64,000 bases of DNA from Lophium mytilinum. Its lineage: Eukaryota. Each line of letters starts with the position of its first letter. Positions within the stretch are counted from its first letter, which is position 1. Below the pieces are notes generated by a model. The model saw only the letters and a list, made by a program, of their open reading frames with translations, searched no databases and was not told where the DNA came from. The translations under genes and the position numbers were made by a program. Below, in pieces: positions 59,375 to 64,000 of the stretch. The stretch spans positions 65,673-129,672 of the forward strand of contig MU004188.1 of NCBI GenBank assembly GCA_010093605.1. Direction: 5' to 3'.

Positions 59375-59761
59375 GCGGCGAGTCTTTTCGCTTTCTGCTC
59401 TCTTGTTGCTGTCTGCAGATCGCGGTTTGTAGATGGTTGGAGCTTCGTGTCACGGTTGTGGAAGGTAAGGGGCCATGTGCCTCTATTCGAGTAGCCACGC
59501 GCTTCTCTCCCTGTATTGTAAGTAGGTGTGGGGCGGCAATATCTATCACAACATGTCAGAGATTTCTCGTACTTTAAGCCATACTCTACTATTATCTTTT
59601 CAAAGAGAAGGGTTCGCATAGGTTCGCACGCATCGCACTTCATCTGCGAGGACAGTCCTGCCCGGATAGTGAATCAAGATTGGTGTTACAATAGCTAGAC
59701 ATTAATACGTTATCGATCTTCTTTCTTGTAGTGCGTCGAAGTCAATGACTCTTATACTCTC

Positions 59762-62020
59762 TTACCAACCTCCCCCAAGCATCGTCATATTCGGAGATAG
59801 CGTATCGAGTTGAAATTCCGGCCAAGAAAACGAGTTCACAGGAGCTGGAGGATCATTTAACACGCGTCGCCGATCTAGCATTCTAGACTCGTTCGCGCGC
59901 TTATCTAGCGCAAAATGGTTGACTGCATCATCGAGATTCAGGCTATTCGGGTCGATGGGGAACCCAAACGAGGAGAGAATGTCACTAGCAGTCCCGATCC
60001 ATCCATCATCATACCCCGTGCTTTCCTGGTCTGCGGCAACAACTACGCTTTCCCGACGTTCGGAAGCGGACGGAGGGGAAACCGGTGGCGGCGGGTTAGG
60101 AGTTCGTGGTGAAGGACTGCTAAAAAGACTGGCTAAGGAGGTTCCCTCTACGCTCTCCTCCAGTGTGATCAGCATGGCCTTCGTGATGGGGAAGTGGAAT
60201 TGGACAGCCTCCATGGTTTTGACCATTTGTCGAAGCCATTTTAGGTCTTCTTCGCGAGATGTGTTGGAAGTTGGATGCTCCAGTGTGTGGCTGACTAGAC
60301 ATTGCATCGCAAGTCTTGCATTGTCAACCATAATGGACGGGATATTCTCGGTGCCAAAGATTTCGCGGTACGTCAACAAGAGGCGGGCAATCCGCAAAGC
60401 ATTCCGATAGATGATCTGATTGGGAGATTCTTGTGGGTTCGAGGATACGCGGGGCTCGATCTCGCCAAACTTTCGTTTTCGTGAAGCTGAATTCTGGATA
60501 GATGCTTGCTGTATCAAAATTTGGAGTTTGCAGTATTGCATGTGCAAGCCGTATGCGGTGGCATCGAGCTCGGAGATATGGGAATCGTCAAAAGCTATTC
60601 CTGGAGGGAGATTGTCGTACCATTTGCGTAGTTTAGTGTCAAGCTCAGCCAAATCAGCAGCAGCCGTCGTATGTGTTGCAGAAGAAGGTCTGTTCAAAAC
60701 ATCGGTGATCTCGGCCATAGGGACGCAGAGCTCAACCCAAGCAGTGACCATGGTGGATCCTGGCTCTTTCCGACGATGGCACCAATTCGTAGCGATGTCC
60801 ATGACAGTTTTCGGAATGGAGCTAGGCCGCCCTAAATACGTACACCAAATGCCCTCATACATGATACACGCGCAGAGAAGGGAGTGCAGCAGGCCAATCT
60901 CGGACGGCGATGAATCTGGCGGCTGATTGCACTCTGTGGGAGCATTGGGAATTTGGTGGATGTCAAGATTGTAGATTGTACGGCATGCCATCCCTACTAG
61001 GTATTAGCAGGATCAGAAACAAGATATCTTAGACTCACCACAGAGCATCCATCCCATTCCATTATGGCCAAGGGTTACCTCGTATTCGCTGAGTAACAGA
61101 AACCCTTCTAGGGACGCAGGGGTCGGATTCTCAAGAGCTAGTGGGATATCCGCTTGAGCTTGCTTGGCATACTCGTGACGAAGAGCGCGAACTGCATGAG
61201 ATGTGCTGTGGCGCGCAGCACAGGCTAATAAAACAGACTCTAGAAACTTAGAGTACCACTGCGATGGGCTTCCAATAGCTCGGTGCTTCATGAATGTCTC
61301 TTTATCTACGAGGAACACCCAGAGTGGCTGGTATTTGAAGTATGACTGCAGCAGATGATACCGCAGCTGAGCTGAGTTCATATCCAATGCAATACTGGGA
61401 GGAGCGGGCTCGTCTGACAATGAATCCAGCCACCGGTTCCCAGGCGGGGAGACTTGCTGTTGCACATTCGGACTACAGGCACCATATCCGTGACCGCAAG
61501 AAGACTGCTGAGGAGAAGAAGCATTTAACGGCATTGGCGGCGGCGACAAAACAGTTGCATTTTCGCCGCTTGAAGAGGGAGCAATTTGAGTGGAGTTTGC
61601 GTTGGTCTTGTCGCCCGAGATTGCGCTCTGGGATGGTGGATTTCCTACAAGAGCCTCTAGACTTCGAATGCGTTCCCGCAACGTCTCAATGTGCGCCCGC
61701 GACGTCCATCTGGAGACTGTGTCAGCTGGCACAAAGGAATGAAAGATTTCCCAGGGAAGACTAACTTCCTGCGGTCCTCGTGGACGACACAGTCTGTCTG
61801 CGCCTGTTGGCAGTGAGTGCAAGGCCGGCCCGGGTCAAGCTTCTGAACGTCGCACTGGCAAGACTGTGTTAGAGTCGTATGAAATATGCGGTGGACAAGA
61901 GGGAAGAAAGTAGCTCCGGTGATGCACCTTGACCTTTCGCTGCCGACAAGTCTGGCAGGCAAGCGACGCGCGCACTCGAGCAGTAGTACTTGTTGAAGAT
62001 GACGTCTGCGCCGGCATCAT
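59762..62020 (-). CDS. Zn2Cys6 transcription factor, multi-exon
   Basis: RASLACQTCRQRKVK|CD...PCTHC..C split by an intron; ETLRERIRSLE; GWMLCG and YLGRP in the fungal TF domain. Confidence 0.88.
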
Positions 62021-62802
62021 GGCGACTACAAGGGGGAGCGAGGCAGTAGAAAGGAGGCGGAATGGGTTGAAGCTTGGGTCAGAGGTTGATTGAAGGTTGG
62101 AGGTTGAAGTCCCGAGAGGCTGAGAACATCTAGGTACCCCAGAAAGCGTGCCGCGAACGTGGAGCCCCCGGACGGACCACGAGGCGGGGAAACGCAGCCA
62201 AGTCATGCATCGTGCCTTCCATCAACCAGTCATTGGCCCTTGCGCGTGTAGAGGCATCGCGCTAGATTCGAAAGGGTGTAAGTGGCTGCTCACACCTCGG
62301 TGGATGCCATGCCGCATCGGCCTTCGCCGAGCAAGTGTGTGCACGTTACATGCTATAGGCAATAAAGAGAGTCTGATATTTGTATAAATGATGGCCTCAG
62401 ACATTTTTGAGGTTAAAGAATCTTGGAGTCAGTTGATGTATATTCTATAATGGAACGGTTCCGTACAGCTGATCTTGAAGCTTGTTGAGACGGTCACGTG
62501 TCGAGACATTGTCCCTAACCAGGTTCACTCTCAGTCCCTTATCTAATATACTCTATAGACCCCACATTTGCTCACTTGTCACTGCAGGCCGAATCATTAC
62601 CTGGACATCATCGAAAGATAGATTTAGTCTATAACAATTACAATCCAATATTCTAACCCAACCATCTGTGAAGCTGTATATCCTAATCCCGTACCCAATA
62701 TCCTACATTACATCTCCAACACCATAACTCCCCGCTCCCATTTCAACAAAAGAAAAACCACACATGAAGATGATGTAATGCACTCCAAACCGAAGCGACC
62801 GC

Positions 62803-64000
62803 TCACGGCTTACTCAACTGCTCCTTGCGGAACCACACAAAGAAACCCACACAAACACACCCCTGCGCCAGCAACGCGACCCAAAACCACGGCTTATCCA
62901 AGCCTTGCACCAACCCCGCCGAGAAATCCGGAAACACGTCCCCGGGCCCAACCTTATCTGGCGCCGTCGCTCGGGCGAGGATAGTCGCCACGGACCCGAG
63001 AACCTGCGCCGCGATGAGCGTGAACGCGACGTGGATGCGCGTCATCGTTTGCAGCAAAATCATGCCAAGCCCAACGCCCTGCACCGTATCGAGCAAGCCA
63101 AGCCATAGCCATAGGGAGCGGCCGAGTAAGGCGCTGGCGATGGGCGATCCGGCCCAGGGGAGGTAGAGCCCTATTCCCGAGACGCCCCAGAGCATTTGGC
63201 ACCACCTGGGTGCACCCAGGCCAATGGCGAAAATGGGAAGGATCCAGGTGTGGGAGATAGAAAGGCGGGAGAAGATCCAGAGTAGTGCAGCCCAGAGAAG
63301 GCCGAAAAAGAAAAGGATGAGGAGGATGATAGACCAGGCGGGCGCGTGGCGTGAAGCGAATAGATAAGACCAATTACGGCCATACGGTGCGGAGAGAAAG
63401 TAGTTTTGCACAACGATGGCGACAAAGAACCAGAGGATGATGTTACGGCGGCCCAAAGATTTGTAGAAGGAGGGAACGGCGCCCGGCCCCTGGCGGTAGA
63501 AGTCTGGGAGGCCGAGGAAAAGAACCAAGCCGATGGCCCAGAGGAGAATAGCGATGGGGATGGTGATGGCGGTGATGCGCCAGGTGGAGGTGAGGGCGGT
63601 ATTGGTGGTGAGGATGCCGGAGGCGGTGGATTGGGTGAGGCGACTGCCCCAGAACCAGAGCCCGACAACGTAGATTTGTTGCGTGCCTTGGATGACACAG
63701 GCACGGTAAACCCAGTCTTTGACGGGGCTACCGCCTTCGTCGCCGAAGTTGAGCGCGAAATAGAGAGAACCGCTTGAAGAGGCGGTGGCGTAGCAGCCTG
63801 TAGCTATGTTTTGTAACCAGCCGGTGCCGGCGACCGAATGGGCGAAAGGAGCGACGCCAAGGAAGAGAAATGCTAGGCCGTAGAATATGAAAGGCAGAGA
63901 GAGAACGTAGATGGATTTGAGAGTGCGGAACACCATCCACCACATTATAGATGTGACCAGGTAAATTGTTGCCACGATGTAGAGCTTTTCGGCAGATTGG
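62803..64000 (-). CDS. ags1: Alpha-1,3-glucan synthase, C-terminal membrane domain (gene continues beyond the window)
   Basis: SSSGSLYFALNFGDEGG, RACVIQGTQQ, SAPYGRNW, IGLGAPRW.QMLWG and terminal FRKEQLSKP. Confidence 0.93.
   Translation of the reverse strand, partial: QSAEKLYIVATIYLVTSIMWWMVFRTLKSIYVLSLPFIFYGLAFLFLGVAPFAHSVAGTGWLQNIATGCYATASSSGSLYFALNFGDEGGSPVKDWVYRACVIQGTQQIYVVGLWFWGSRLTQSTASGILTTNTALTSTWRITAITIPIAILLWAIGLVLFLGLPDFYRQGPGAVPSFYKSLGRRNIILWFFVAIVVQNYFLSAPYGRNWSYLFASRHAPAWSIILLILFFFGLLWAALLWIFSRLSISHTWILPIFAIGLGAPRWCQMLWGVSGIGLYLPWAGSPIASALLGRSLWLWLGLLDTVQGVGLGMILLQTMTRIHVAFTLIAAQVLGSVATILARATAPDKVGPGDVFPDFSAGLVQGLDKPWFWVALLAQGCVCVGFFVWFRKEQLSKP

Noticed and set aside
58642..59577. 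311-aa alternative-frame ORF, and similar overlapping ORFs such as 42329-43123
   Set aside because: Shadow ORFs of GC-rich real genes, with no recognisable motifs.

Overview
This is filamentous ascomycete genomic DNA with spliceosomal introns and RIP signatures. Bases 1-~9080 are an AT-rich, TpA-rich and CpA/TpG-depleted block with an N gap at 2093-3041. That block holds tandem repeats, a stop-riddled MULE transposase relic and a nearly intact DUF3505/tyrosine-recombinase-like/Zn-finger frame. The frame has only 5 stops in about 868 codons and keeps all 7 Zn-finger Cys codons, which suggests a gene that stayed under selection during RIP. The rest is GC-balanced and gene-rich: a HET protein, an NAD(P)-binding protein, a bacterial-type DUF4260 protein, an NCS1 permease, a HypA/questin-oxidase-like protein, a secreted SGNH hydrolase divergent from a secreted deaminase-fold-like protein, a HET pseudogene, an FMO fused to a membrane domain, a second Zn2Cys6 factor and the 3' end of alpha-1,3-glucan synthase. 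The strongest system candidate is an ~18 kb putative catabolic cluster (30779-48986), interrupted by an Mx-like dynamin. It contains a divergent 5-oxoprolinase, a class I/II aminotransferase, a class I glutamine amidotransferase-like hydrolase, a Dal5-type MFS transporter, an isocitrate-lyase homologue lacking the catalytic Cys (KKCGH replaced by KKFTV) and a Zn2Cys6 regulator. A CGG-N10-CCG site lies in each of its three enzyme/transporter promoters. All family calls come from motif recognition by eye; no database searches were run.
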